A stretch of DNA of 64,000 nt from a virus (IMGVR_UViG_2772190774_000001:1-64000), one strand, 5' to 3'; shown: positions 44,702 to 54,493, numbered from the stretch's first letter. The notes: generated from the sequence alone by a model not told the origin. Numbers and translations: made by a program.

Positions 44702-46167
44702 TCCTCACCACCGACCGGCAGAGGCGGCACCACCTCAGGGAGCGGCGCGATGTCCAGCTGCGGTTCGGGGCCCTGGTCGAACCCGCCGCCCTCCCCGTTC
44801 GGCTGGTCCTCCGTGAACCCCCACCCCGTCACCTGCGCGTCCGTGTACCCCGCCTCAAGCAGCGTCTGCCGCACCGGGACGCCGGCGTCCTGCTTCGCCT
44901 GCACCGCCTGCCAGTATTCGAGGTCCCCGGTGGTCTGCGCGGGCGCCCACTGGATCGTGACTGTGACATCGAAGCCGAGGATCCTCATTGCGAACTCAAG
45001 CGCATCCCGCCACGTCGCGCCGAACGCCCGCTGGTACGCGCCGATCCGCTTCACCAACGGGGCATCGTCAGCCCTGATGCTCTCGCCGGACGGCGTGTCC
45101 CCGGACGGGTCGAACCACCGCATCGGCGTCGTCGTCGTCGCCGCCATCAGCCGCATGAACTGGCCCTGCGGCTTCAGGAACGCGTCCGGGTCCGCCGGGG
45201 CGAACTGCCCCACGCTCTTGTAGTTCCGCAGGATCCACATGCTTCCGGGGGCGGCGACCATCTGCGACGGGCGGTCTTCCGGGTCCGATTCGGTGTCGTC
45301 GCCCCAGTCCAGGTCGTCATCCTCCGACGCTCCCGGGTCGAGCAGGCCGTACCGCTGCGGGAACGCCGCGAAGTCCGACGCGGCCATCTGGTTCGTGATG
45401 AGCTTCGTCAACGCGTCCTGCGGACCGTACGCGTTCTTGTGGACCGGCCGGCCGTAGGGGCGGTGCGTGCGGAAGTGGAAGAACGGGATCCGGCCGTACT
45501 CGTTGGGGATGTGCCCGTTCTCGTCGGTGAAGTCGTCCACGAACGGCTCGAAGTCCAGCCCGGTCAGGGCGTCCTCGGACTTCTTGCCGGCGTCCTTCTT
45601 CGTCACCCACTTCTCGAAGTGATCCGCGTAGTACAGGTTGACCCGGGTCCGCTTGTCCTCGCCGACGCCCTCGCACCACGCCTTGATGACCAGCCTTGGG
45701 AGGCGGGGGTTCTCCTCGTCGTAGATGACCCGCACCGACAGCGGCGAGTTGTAGAACACGTGGACGCCGTCAACGTGGGCGACGGGTTCCCCGTGCTCGT
45801 CGGTGTCGCTGCTGGAGTCCGAGGGCCACACGAACAGGTACCCGTCGCCGTACGTCAGGGCGTTGTCGTGGATCTGCGGCGCCTCGATATCCAACTCGTT
45901 GGGTTCCCACACCTGCTCTATGAGGGTGGCGGTGTGCTCGTCGGGCTCGCAGACAACGGCGGCGATCTCCAACCGGTCAAGCACCGCGTCCACCGGGCGG
46001 GCAGCCAGGTTCACGTGGAAGTCCTGGGAGCCGCCCTTGAGCAGGCGCTGAATATCCGAGGACGGGAACTTCTCGGGGGCATCGCCTTCCCGGTACATCT
46101 CCGCCTGGTCATACGCCGGCCGAGCGTTGCGGAGTTCGGCGTATGCGGGGATCAGGTCCTCAATCAC
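44698..46167 (-). CDS. Portal protein (SPP1 gp6-like)
   Basis: NLAARPVDAVLDRL; GRIPFFHF; SGESIR; synteny. Confidence 0.9.
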   Translation of the reverse strand: MIEDLIPAYAELRNARPAYDQAEMYREGDAPEKFPSSDIQRLLKGGSQDFHVNLAARPVDAVLDRLEIAAVVCEPDEHTATLIEQVWEPNELDIEAPQIHDNALTYGDGYLFVWPSDSSSDTDEHGEPVAHVDGVHVFYNSPLSVRVIYDEENPRLPRLVIKAWCEGVGEDKRTRVNLYYADHFEKWVTKKDAGKKSEDALTGLDFEPFVDDFTDENGHIPNEYGRIPFFHFRTHRPYGRPVHKNAYGPQDALTKLITNQMAASDFAAFPQRYGLLDPGASEDDDLDWGDDTESDPEDRPSQMVAAPGSMWILRNYKSVGQFAPADPDAFLKPQGQFMRLMAATTTTPMRWFDPSGDTPSGESIRADDAPLVKRIGAYQRAFGATWRDALEFAMRILGFDVTVTIQWAPAQTTGDLEYWQAVQAKQDAGVPVRQTLLEAGYTDAQVTGWGFTEDQPNGEGGGFDQGPEPQLDIAPLPEVVPPLPVGGEE

Positions 46168-47222
46168 AGGGCGCTGGTCTCCTCGCTCGGGCGGTAGCCG
46201 TACCGCGAGCGGTCGGCCGTCAGGGTGGAGGCAATCGCCGCGGCGGCCACCATCGGCCAGTCGCCCGCCTCAGCGGCCTGGTCTGTCACATCCACTGCGG
46301 AGCCCCACACACTGCCGCGGTCTCCCGGCTTCGTCGGAATGCCCGGACGGGCCGACCAATCGACACTCCAGCCGTACGACTTCCGGCCCCGGCGGCGGCC
46401 GAAGGCCCGACGCTGCAACTGGAGCTCGACGTCGTGGTCGTCACCGTGTGGCATCCGTACGGTGACCATGAGCGGGTCTCCGACGTCGGTGTAGTCGTAC
46501 CGCTTGGGGCCGAGGATTCGTTCGGCGAGGTCGAGGTTGATGGAGCCGCGCATCCACCAGGGATCCGAGATGGACGATTCGTCACGTCGCGCCCAAAGTT
46601 GCCAGCGGATGCGCCAGTCGTCCACGTCGAGGCTGATCACTCGGGAGTGGTAGCCCTTGGGGACGAGGCGGCGCTGCAGCCATGTGCCGAACCGCTCGGT
46701 GTGCAGGTAGAGCGCACCGAAGGGCCAGATGCGCAGACTCGCGGCCAGGGTGTTCTCCGACCCGGCATTGCCGACCTTGACCTCGAAGCCGAACAGGCCG
46801 AAGGTCTTGCCGAGGATGAGCTGTCCGCCGATCCCCCCCTTGGGTGAGGTGGGCCATGGTCCGGGCGGTGTGTGGCGGGTCTTCACATCCTTCATCGCGG
46901 CGAGTAGTTCGGGGCCACGGAGGTTTTCCCAACCCACGCGGATGCCGTCGAACGGGCCGGCGTACGGCTGCCCGACCGCCCACTGTTCCGGGTCGAGGTT
47001 GCCCTGCGGGTCCGGCCGCACGCCGCACCGGTCGCAGCACACCCATCGGGCGGCGTCCAGGCCAGGCCGGTGCGGGCCGTAGCCGTCAACGACCGGCTTG
47101 TGGCGGCGGAGCAGGCGGCAGACGAGCATCACTCTGGGCAGGTCGTTGAGCCAGAAGCCGCGGTTGACGATCTGGCCGCGGTGTGGGTCGTCCTTGCGGT
47201 AGTCGACGGAGTGCGCGTACAT
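46164..47222 (-). CDS. Hypothetical Trp/Gly-rich protein inserted between terL and portal
   Basis: Coupled at both ends (ATG 47222); 352 aa; no recognised motif. Confidence 0.7.
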   Translation of the reverse strand: MYAHSVDYRKDDPHRGQIVNRGFWLNDLPRVMLVCRLLRRHKPVVDGYGPHRPGLDAARWVCCDRCGVRPDPQGNLDPEQWAVGQPYAGPFDGIRVGWENLRGPELLAAMKDVKTRHTPPGPWPTSPKGGIGGQLILGKTFGLFGFEVKVGNAGSENTLAASLRIWPFGALYLHTERFGTWLQRRLVPKGYHSRVISLDVDDWRIRWQLWARRDESSISDPWWMRGSINLDLAERILGPKRYDYTDVGDPLMVTVRMPHGDDHDVELQLQRRAFGRRRGRKSYGWSVDWSARPGIPTKPGDRGSVWGSAVDVTDQAAEAGDWPMVAAAAIASTLTADRSRYGYRPSEETSAL

Positions 47223-48778
47223 CACGCCGCCCCCTTCACGTAGCTGGTGGTGGTCGCCCCGGCCTTGGGCCGCTGACGGTCGAGGAAAAATCTGACGCCC
47301 GCGCCTATCGCGTCGATCAGGTCGTCGTTGAGCACGTCGGGGAACGCGCACATCTGCTCCTCCGCCTCCGGCAGAGGGACGGCGTGCAACACCCGGCCAC
47401 GCTGGTAGTGGTTCAGCAGCCACGTCGCCCGCACCTTCTTGGGCGCGGACTCGGTGTGCACCAGCAACTTGACCGGCAGGTCATGCAGCACGGCGCGCCA
47501 CGTCTGGCCGCCTTGGTTGACCTCGATCCGCACCGCCCCGATCTCCGGGAACGTCTGCAGGATCTCCAGCACCTTCGTGCGGAGCTTCTCCGGCGACATG
47601 CGGAACGCCCTCGCGTACCGGACGGCGCAGCGCGGTAGATGCCCGTCCCGGCCCGGCTCGTACGCAACGACCGCCAGCGCGTGGAAGTCCGAGGTCCGCT
47701 TGTCCGTCACAGCCGGGTCGATCTGCAGCAGGACCTTCGTGGCTTCCACGTCGCCGTAGGCGAAGTCCTCCGGCGTCCAGTAGTCGCCGTCCTCGTTGAC
47801 CGGCATGTTCTTGAACGACTTCGCGAACGCCCTGGTGTGCGCGATGGACTCCAGGTGTTCGGTGCTCCACCGTCCCGGCCATAGCGAACGCCGGGTGCCG
47901 TCTGGCAGGTCGACCAGCGGCGGGAAGTATGTGACCTGGATCTTCTGCTCGGTGAGCCACGGGGCGGGCGGGCCTGGTTCGGTGACCGCCTTGACGCATT
48001 GGTGCAGGATCCCGTTCGGCAGGTTAACGGTCCCGATCAACCTCAGGTGGGCGCGGTCATTCATCGGCATGATCCCGTCGAGGACCGTGATGAGGCGTTT
48101 CTTCGCCTGGTAGGCGGAGTAGCCCGCGCCTTCCTCGCCTTCGATGTCGTCGAGCAGCAGCATGTCGGGGCGGCGGTTCTCGGGGTCGACCAGGCCGAGG
48201 ACTTCCGTATCGATGCCTCTCGCGGCGAAGCTGAAGCCTGACTTGGTGTGAAGCATCGACTGCGAGTCCGCGACCGGTGTGCCGTTCGCCTTACGCGCCG
48301 GCGTCGCAAGGTCGGGGTAGTCGGCGCGCAGGAGCTTGTTCGTCTGCAGCTCCCTGCGCAGACCAGCCAAATGGTCCTGGGCCTGCGTGGCTGAGCTGGA
48401 GAACGCGGCGACGAAGCGGATCCACCCGTGCGCGGCAGCCCACAAGGGGATCGCGAGGAACAGGGTGGTGCTCTTCCCGGACCCGCGCGGCGCGACGTAG
48501 GCGCGGCGGGACTCTTGGGGGCCTGGTTCGCGGACGAGTTCGAGGGCGTCGCGGTACAGCTCAAGGTGAACGTCGCCGAAGGTGAGTTGCCCGTCGGGGG
48601 ATTTGAGCAGGTGGGGAACATACATGATCGCCCACAGCATCGGATCCAGCCGGGTCAGGACACGGCGGCCCTCGCTGGACTCCAGCAGCCGGGGGTTGAT
48701 GCGGCTGAGGTAGGCGTCGAGGTCGAACGTGCCAGCGTCGTACGGCTGGCCGTTGTCGTCGCAGAGGTAGCCGGTCAT
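47222..48778 (-). CDS. terL: Terminase large subunit
   Basis: APRGSGKS Walker A; LLLDDIE Walker B; IDPA..D nuclease; DDLIDA. Confidence 0.92.
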   Translation of the reverse strand: MTGYLCDDNGQPYDAGTFDLDAYLSRINPRLLESSEGRRVLTRLDPMLWAIMYVPHLLKSPDGQLTFGDVHLELYRDALELVREPGPQESRRAYVAPRGSGKSTTLFLAIPLWAAAHGWIRFVAAFSSSATQAQDHLAGLRRELQTNKLLRADYPDLATPARKANGTPVADSQSMLHTKSGFSFAARGIDTEVLGLVDPENRRPDMLLLDDIEGEEGAGYSAYQAKKRLITVLDGIMPMNDRAHLRLIGTVNLPNGILHQCVKAVTEPGPPAPWLTEQKIQVTYFPPLVDLPDGTRRSLWPGRWSTEHLESIAHTRAFAKSFKNMPVNEDGDYWTPEDFAYGDVEATKVLLQIDPAVTDKRTSDFHALAVVAYEPGRDGHLPRCAVRYARAFRMSPEKLRTKVLEILQTFPEIGAVRIEVNQGGQTWRAVLHDLPVKLLVHTESAPKKVRATWLLNHYQRGRVLHAVPLPEAEEQMCAFPDVLNDDLIDAIGAGVRFFLDRQRPKAGATTTSYVKGAA

Positions 48779-48881
48779 CGGCGCCCTCCGGCGGGGTGGA
48801 GGCGAGCCGTGCTCACCGTTCCGCGCCTGGTTGTGGTGGTCATGTGGTCTCGCCTCCCCTCGTGCTCGTCGTGGCTGGTGG

Positions 48882-49220
48882 TTAGCGCGCCTCGGCGGTG
48901 GCCGGGCTGACGTGCATGCGCATGATGAATCCGACCAGCGCCGCCAGCGCGCCGTTGACCAGCCCGACCTGCTCCGGCGACAGGTCCAGGCCGAAGCCGA
49001 CACCGAGGGCGAGCAGGGCCTGGATGGCGCCCATGAGCAGCGGGACGGGGAACGGGCGGACCGCCACGGCGGCGACGAGCGCGACCACAGCGGCGGCTGC
49101 GCCGTTGATGAGGCCGACCTGCTCACCGGTGATGCTCAGGCCGAGGCCGACGGCGAGGGCGATGACGGTCTGAATGAGGCTGAGCCACAGGGCGGGCTCG
49201 CGGCCGAGGATGTTCTTCAT
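48882..49220 (-). CDS. Holin
   Basis: ILGREPAL N-terminus; four TM segments; VSP C-terminus. Confidence 0.75.
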   Translation of the reverse strand: MKNILGREPALWLSLIQTVIALAVGLGLSITGEQVGLINGAAAAVVALVAAVAVRPFPVPLLMGAIQALLALGVGFGLDLSPEQVGLVNGALAALVGFIMRMHVSPATAEAR

Positions 49221-49275
49221 GGGTGGTGGCCCCTCCTTGGGGGACAGCCCGCCGGGGTGGCGGGAGGCTCAGGGG

Positions 49276-49782
49276 TCAGCGGACGTAGTAGCCGTTGTCG
49301 AAGTCGTAGGTGAACGAGGTGACGTTCGCCCCGTCCGCCTTATCGACGTAGACGGTGTCGCCGCCGTTGTTCAGGAAGTGGCCGTTGTAGCCCCGCTTGA
49401 AGTCCATGTAGTAGACCTGCGTCGCGTTCTGGGCGGTCTTGTCGACGCCGTTCGACGGGGTGACGATGACCAGGCCCCCGGCCTTCACGACGGTGGTCTC
49501 CGAGCCCTTCGCGCCAGGGAAGGTGTAGGCGTTGCCCCACTGGCCTTCGGCGTTCTTGTACGTGTCGTGGACGGTCCACCCGGAGATGTCCAGCGGGGTG
49601 GTGGCGGGGTTCTCCAGGTAGATGGCTTCCTGCCACCTGTTGGCGAGGGTGTCGGCGCCCATCGCGTTGTAGTTGACGCGGGTGATGTCCAGAGCCGGAG
49701 TGGAGGGCTCGCCGGCGGCCGACGCCGGGGCGGCGAGGCCGACCACGGCGAGCAGGGCGGCGGGGATCGCGAGTCGTTTCAT
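49276..49782 (-). CDS. Secreted lamin-tail-domain (LTD)-like protein
   Basis: Signal peptide MKRLAIPAALLAVVGLAAPASA; EAIYLEN...LDISGW.V.D; LNNGGDTVY. Confidence 0.7.
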   Translation of the reverse strand: MKRLAIPAALLAVVGLAAPASAAGEPSTPALDITRVNYNAMGADTLANRWQEAIYLENPATTPLDISGWTVHDTYKNAEGQWGNAYTFPGAKGSETTVVKAGGLVIVTPSNGVDKTAQNATQVYYMDFKRGYNGHFLNNGGDTVYVDKADGANVTSFTYDFDNGYYVR

Positions 49783-49815
49783 GGGTGGTTTCCTCTGTTC
49801 GCTGGTAGCGGCGGG

Positions 49816-50640
49816 TTATGACTCCGCCCCGGGGTCGACGGCGAGGCGGACGGTCACCCCCTCGATCTCCGCCTTGATGCGGCCCATCAGGGCGTCCACG
49901 TCGATCGGGGTGTCGGAGCGGACCGCGGTCAGGAGCTCGCGGATGACGGCGTCCTGCGCGTGGAGGACGGTGAGGATCTCCCTGTTCCGGGCGTAGCCGT
50001 CCTTGGTGTAGGCCCAGATCTGCCGGAACGCGGTGCGGGGGTCGATCTTCTGGCCGACGTCGAGGATGCCTTCGCGGGCGGCCCACACGTCGTCGGGGAT
50101 GGTGTGGGTGAATCGGTCGTAGACGGCGTCGGCGATCTCCTTGGCAGACGGCATGTCGTCTCCTTCGTAATCAGGGTTGAAGAAGCCAGCGACCACCTCA
50201 GGGCCGCGGATTCGGCGCAGGACGGCGCCAGTACCGCCGCCGGTGTTCGCCTCGATGGTCTGGATGCGGCCGTCGGGCAGGACCCGCTCGATGAGGCCGA
50301 CGTGGTCGATCTGGCCGATGGAGTTGCTGCCGTCCCAGTCGAAGAACACCACCGCGGCGGGCTTGGCGTAGCGCTTGATGTTGTCGGCGGTGCCCGAGTG
50401 CCAGCGGCCGATGTCCTTGGCGTCCTGGGCGTGCCACACCGTGAACGCGCGGTCCCCGTTCGGGAGGACCGCGGCGGCGTTGCCGCTCTTGTGTCCCCAT
50501 TCGGTGATGCCCTGGTCGCACCAGGGCGCGTTGAGGTACTCGTTGCCGTGCTTCTTGGCGTAGGCCCGTGTGATCCAGTTCGGGCGGCCGGTGAGTCCGA
50601 GGTCAGCGCGGGCGGCGGCGAGCATCTTCGCGGCGGTCAC
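49816..50640 (-). CDS. Endolysin, CHAP domain
   Basis: APWCDQ (Cys), IDHVGL (His), TIEANT; GTG start overlapping upstream stop. Confidence 0.85.
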   Translation of the reverse strand: MTAAKMLAAARADLGLTGRPNWITRAYAKKHGNEYLNAPWCDQGITEWGHKSGNAAAVLPNGDRAFTVWHAQDAKDIGRWHSGTADNIKRYAKPAAVVFFDWDGSNSIGQIDHVGLIERVLPDGRIQTIEANTGGGTGAVLRRIRGPEVVAGFFNPDYEGDDMPSAKEIADAVYDRFTHTIPDDVWAAREGILDVGQKIDPRTAFRQIWAYTKDGYARNREILTVLHAQDAVIRELLTAVRSDTPIDVDALMGRIKAEIEGVTVRLAVDPGAES

Positions 50641-50780
50641 TGGTCGTCCTCGCCGTCGGAGGTGCCGCGGTAGATGCCGTCGGCGTCGGGCGGGCCATAC
50701 AGCTGCCGCAGGATGGCCTCTTCGTCGTCCTCGGTGGGCCCGGCGCCGCGGGCGGGTTCGGAGGGCATGGGGCTGGTCAT
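50637..50780 (-). CDS. Small acidic protein (47 aa)
   Basis: GAGG RBS; EEAILRQLYGPPDADGIYRG; coupled to endolysin. Confidence 0.55.
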   Translation of the reverse strand: MTSPMPSEPARGAGPTEDDEEAILRQLYGPPDADGIYRGTSDGEDDQ

Positions 50781-50830
50781 GCGTCACCTCGCGGTGCTCG
50801 TGTCGATCCCCCAGACGGGAGGTGGTCGGA

Positions 50831-51025
50831 ATGGCCATGAAGCGGAAGCCGCGGCTGGGCAGCGGAAAGCGGTTCGCTTCGTTGACGAAGTCCCTGAGGT
50901 CGCGTGGGGTGAAGAACCCCAAGGCGTTGGCCGCGGCAATCGGCAGGAAGAAGTTCGGGGCGAAAAAGATGAGCGCGATGGCGGCGGCTGGTCGCCGGCG
51001 TGCGGCCAAGCGGCGGGGGCGCTGA
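50831..51025 (+). CDS. Small very basic protein, antisense to the late operon
   Basis: GGAGGT RBS; GSGKRFASL..KNPKALAAAIGRKKFG; Lys/Arg-rich 64 aa. Confidence 0.65.
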   Translation: MAMKRKPRLGSGKRFASLTKSLRSRGVKNPKALAAAIGRKKFGAKKMSAMAAAGRRRAAKRRGR

Positions 51026-51027
51026 CA

Positions 51028-51276
51028 TCAGCCGACCTCAAGCCGTGTCTGCGAGATGAGGCAGGCGACGGCCCCGCAATCGGCGGCGAACCGTTGGAAC
51101 TGCTCGAACTCGTCGTCGGGTAGGCCGCCGGCCCCGGACAGGATGAGGGCGAACCCGCCGCCGGGCAGGGGCAGCGTGTGCAGGCGGGGCGGGTCAACGT
51201 GGGCGGTGAGGGGGACGCCGGCGAGCGGGGACGGCTCAGCGTCAGCGAGCGGAGACCAGGGGCCGTGGTCGTTCAC
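51028..51276 (-). CDS. Hypothetical protein
   Basis: GTG overlaps terS stop. Confidence 0.55.
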   Translation of the reverse strand: MNDHGPWSPLADAEPSPLAGVPLTAHVDPPRLHTLPLPGGGFALILSGAGGLPDDEFEQFQRFAADCGAVACLISQTRLEVG

Positions 51277-51815
51277 TGGGCTTCGCCTCGGAGTCGGGCC
51301 TCTTCCACCTTCGCCTTGGCCTGCGCCTCCCGGATCATCTGCGCGAGTTCGATGTCCGCCGGGTCCACGGTGGTGACCTGAGCGTCGACCTTCACCGCGG
51401 CGTCCAGGCCCAACAGCTTGGACCGGCGCTCGGCGAGGCGGACGAGGGTGCCGATGGCTTGAAGGATCGGGGCGTGGTCGGGGATGGGTTCGCCGTTTTC
51501 GTCGCGGACGACTTTGCCGTGCTGGACGACGATGTGCCGGGCGGTGAGCACGGCGTAGGCCTTGGCGGTGAGGTCGTCCAGGCGGTCCAGTTCGACGGCG
51601 CGGTATTGGTCGGCGAGGGGGTCCACGCGTTCGGCCATGTAGGTGGCGATGCGTTTGTGGACGGTGCCGATGGAGATGCCGAGCTGCTCGCCGATCTGCC
51701 GGAGGGTTGCGCCGGCGAGGCGAAGTTCGTACGCCTGGGCGGCCTGCTCGGCTGTGACCGCGCTGTTGGTTTTCTTGCGTGCGGCGTCGGTTTGCTGGCG
51801 GGTGTTGCGGGACAT
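51273..51815 (-). CDS. terS: Terminase small subunit
   Basis: AYELRLAGATLRQIGEQLGIS HTH; ERRSKLLGLDAAVK. Confidence 0.8.
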   Translation of the reverse strand: MSRNTRQQTDAARKKTNSAVTAEQAAQAYELRLAGATLRQIGEQLGISIGTVHKRIATYMAERVDPLADQYRAVELDRLDDLTAKAYAVLTARHIVVQHGKVVRDENGEPIPDHAPILQAIGTLVRLAERRSKLLGLDAAVKVDAQVTTVDPADIELAQMIREAQAKAKVEEARLRGEAQ

Positions 51816-51927
51816 CCGTCCTCCTGGTCGTCCGACCCGGGGCGAAGGCTTGTCCCCTGTCCAGGGGGTGGGCCTTTCGGGAGGGAGATCGACGCCAGGA
51901 GGCGGGGACGTTCAGGCGGGGAAAAGC

Positions 51928-51963
51928 GAAGCGCCCCACTCCCTGACGGGGGTGGGGCGCTTC
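51928..51963 (-). terminator. Terminator upstream of the late operon
   Basis: GAAGCGCCCCAC/GTGGGGCGCTTC stem followed on - strand by GCTTTTC. Confidence 0.75.
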
Positions 51964-51971
51964 TGTCGTGT

Positions 51972-52181
51972 CTAGGCCTGCGGCTGGTATGGGCAATGGC
52001 AGATGCAGTCACAACCGTAGGTGTCCAGTGGATCCGTGTAGCCGCTGCACCCCTCGTGGTCGCCGTCGTCGCAGTGCCCATCATGCGGGAGATTCCAGAC
52101 GCAGACCTTTGAGTGGCAGCGGCGGCAGAGCCCAGGCGTGCTGCCGTGCTCGCACCTTCCCACGGTGAGCGGAGTCGTCAT
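51972..52181 (-). CDS. Small Cys/His-rich protein
   Basis: CEH..C..C..C; CDCICHC; GGAGG RBS. Confidence 0.55.
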   Translation of the reverse strand: MTTPLTVGRCEHGSTPGLCRRCHSKVCVWNLPHDGHCDDGDHEGCSGYTDPLDTYGCDCICHCPYQPQA

Positions 52182-52250
52182 GGTGTCCTCCGGTTGTAGG
52201 GACTGCCCCATCTCCCGCCGTTGGAGAGGGGCGCTCTCGTTGCGCCTGGC

Positions 52251-52922
52251 TCAGTTCAAGGCATGCTCGAACATCTCCACGAGGACGACGCCGCGTCGCT
52301 CCCTCGCGTTGATGTCCATGTCGTTACGCACGATGGTGCGCAGCAGGTGCATCACCGCGACCGGGTAACGCGCGTTGTCGACGGTCCCGAGCCGGACCAG
52401 GTCCATCAGCCCACGCACGTCGGCGACTCCGGTCTGCTGGACACGGCGCTGCAGCGCCAAGCCGATGCGGAGTACCTCACCGGGGTGCGCGGCTTTCTCG
52501 ACCTGCGGCCACAGGGTGCGGCGGAGCGAGTCGAGAAGGGTCTCCGTCTGCTCGTCCCAAAGCTGATCGGCGTCGCGCATGCCGGCGATGATGCCGCGGG
52601 CGGCGAGGTTGGCGGCGAGCAGGGGAATGCCGAGGTACGCGGCCTGCCATCCCTCAGCCCGGAAGCGTTCGCCGATCGCGACGGCGGCTTCGACGTACGC
52701 CTGGCGGATGTCCTCGCCACGGTCGTACGCCGCGTCGGTCTTGTCGGCCTCGATCGCGGCTGACGCCAGCAGATTGGCGCCGTAGGAGAACGCGCTGTCC
52801 GCCGTGTTGAGCTCGTACGGCACGACCCATGACGGGAGGTCGTCGCGTTTGGTGATCCAGTCGCGGATGCTGCGGTTCTCGTGGGCGGTGTAGAGCGGCT
52901 CGGTGATGTCGAAGTAATGCAT
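52251..52922 (-). CDS. Hypothetical protein
   Basis: ATG 52922; GC3 bias. Confidence 0.65.
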   Translation of the reverse strand: MHYFDITEPLYTAHENRSIRDWITKRDDLPSWVVPYELNTADSAFSYGANLLASAAIEADKTDAAYDRGEDIRQAYVEAAVAIGERFRAEGWQAAYLGIPLLAANLAARGIIAGMRDADQLWDEQTETLLDSLRRTLWPQVEKAAHPGEVLRIGLALQRRVQQTGVADVRGLMDLVRLGTVDNARYPVAVMHLLRTIVRNDMDINARERRGVVLVEMFEHALN

Positions 52923-52976
52923 GGGGCGTCCTTCCCGGCGCCGCCCCCCGGCTGCGGGGGCGGCGCCCAAGGGTGG

Positions 52977-53894
52977 TCAGGTGGAGGGCAGGAGCTTGGC
53001 GAACGTGGAGCGGCCCATGCCGAGCCATGCGGCGGCCTCGGTCTGGTTGCCGTCGTGCGCCAGCTCGACCACGCGGGCGGCCTGGCTTCGGTGCGCGCGG
53101 AGCTGTGGGGCGACGGTCAGGCGCAGCAGGTCGGAGATCGCCGCCGCGGTGTGGACGACCTCAGCGGCCTCGTCCATGACCCGGTCGGCTCGGTGGAACC
53201 GCTGGCCCATGTCGCCGTCGAACCACGGCACCTTCGGCGGGGTGAGGGCGCCGGCGATCGCGCGGGCGGCTCGGGCGGCGACGATGACCGGCGGCTGCTC
53301 GACCTCGCACACCTCGTCCTCGCCGGCGGCGTAGGCCCATTCGGCGACCTGCGCGTGGTCGAGTTCGGTCCACGTCTCGCGGTAGCCGTCGCGGAGGGTG
53401 CGGGTGTGCATGACGTACCGGCCGCCCGGGGTGCGCCACAGAGAGGACGCGGTGCTGCTCTCGCTGTACTCCAGGGGCTTCTCGTCGATGAGCTGGACGG
53501 ACTTGGCCTGGTCGAACCACCAGGCGTCCTGCCAGCCGGTCTCGGCCTCCCCCTGGTAGTCGGTCTCGGACGGGAGCAGTCGGCCGGTCCAGGTGCCGGT
53601 GACGACCTGGGGGTTGGTGCCCTCGGCGGGGTCGCCGTAGGTGCCGTTCTCGTCGGGGATGCGGTGGTCCTCGCTCGTGGCGAGGGCTTCGGCGTCGTCC
53701 TCGTCCAGCTCGTCGCCGTCCATCCAGCCGTAGGTGTCGGCCTTGGTCATGCCGACCAGGGCGGAGTCCTGGCGGCGCCCGGCCCAGGTGGCGACCTCCC
53801 ACCCATCGCTGGTGAGGACGATGCCGGTCTCGTCGGCTCGCCCGTGGTGCTCGGCCAGCTCAGTGACAGTGTCGGCGGTGATGTTCCAGTTCAC
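52977..53894 (-). CDS. Hypothetical protein with C-terminal HTH
   Basis: Acidic body; NQTEAAAWLGMGRSTFAKLL. Confidence 0.75.
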   Translation of the reverse strand: MNWNITADTVTELAEHHGRADETGIVLTSDGWEVATWAGRRQDSALVGMTKADTYGWMDGDELDEDDAEALATSEDHRIPDENGTYGDPAEGTNPQVVTGTWTGRLLPSETDYQGEAETGWQDAWWFDQAKSVQLIDEKPLEYSESSTASSLWRTPGGRYVMHTRTLRDGYRETWTELDHAQVAEWAYAAGEDEVCEVEQPPVIVAARAARAIAGALTPPKVPWFDGDMGQRFHRADRVMDEAAEVVHTAAAISDLLRLTVAPQLRAHRSQAARVVELAHDGNQTEAAAWLGMGRSTFAKLLPST

Positions 53895-53921
53895 GATCGG
53901 CTCCTGTTCGTTCAGAGGGGA

Positions 53922-54434
53922 TCAGAGGGCGGCGATGGCGGCGCGGATGCCGGAGAAGATGGCCTCGGCGATCTCGTCGCGGGTCATGGTGCGGGGGTCG
54001 CTGTTGCCCCACTGGATGTAGACCTTGCCGTCGGTGACGTCGAAGTAGACCTTGTAGACGGCGCTGGCGAGGCGGTAGGCCTCGCTGTTGGAGATCGACT
54101 CGCCGTTCAGGGTGGCGGAGGAGATGTTGCCGCTGCGGTAGTGCTCGATCTCCAGACCGAGGTACTTCGTCCAGCCGTTGATGTAGATGCGGTCCTTGCC
54201 GCCCTTGGTCCAGCGGCTGCCGCCGATGGCGGTGATGGTGTCGATGGTGAACGCGACCAGCTTGGCTGGCTTGCGGATGCCGAGGGCGATGCGGCGGGCG
54301 AGGGACGCGGCCTCGATGACCCAGCGGCCGGCGGTCTTGGTGGCGGCGACGGCGCCGCGGCGGCACCAGGTGCGGATGGTGGCGATGGAGACGCCGGCCT
54401 GCTGTGCGGCGATGGTGGCGGTGAGAGTGGTCAT
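53922..54434 (-). CDS. Xis/MerR-like HTH protein with C-terminal domain
   Basis: LTATIAAQQAGVSIATIRTWCRRGAVAATKTAGRWVI. Confidence 0.75.
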   Translation of the reverse strand: MTTLTATIAAQQAGVSIATIRTWCRRGAVAATKTAGRWVIEAASLARRIALGIRKPAKLVAFTIDTITAIGGSRWTKGGKDRIYINGWTKYLGLEIEHYRSGNISSATLNGESISNSEAYRLASAVYKVYFDVTDGKVYIQWGNSDPRTMTRDEIAEAIFSGIRAAIAAL

Positions 54435-54475
54435 GATCGGCTCCGGTTACAGAGGGGATCGTGCGTTGTCTCTAG

Positions 54476-54493
54476 TGTGGGGGTACCCCCACA
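54476..54493. promoter_or_regulatory. 18-bp perfect palindrome, candidate operator
   Basis: TGTGGGGGTACCCCCACA about 40 nt upstream of the HTH gene. Confidence 0.55.
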
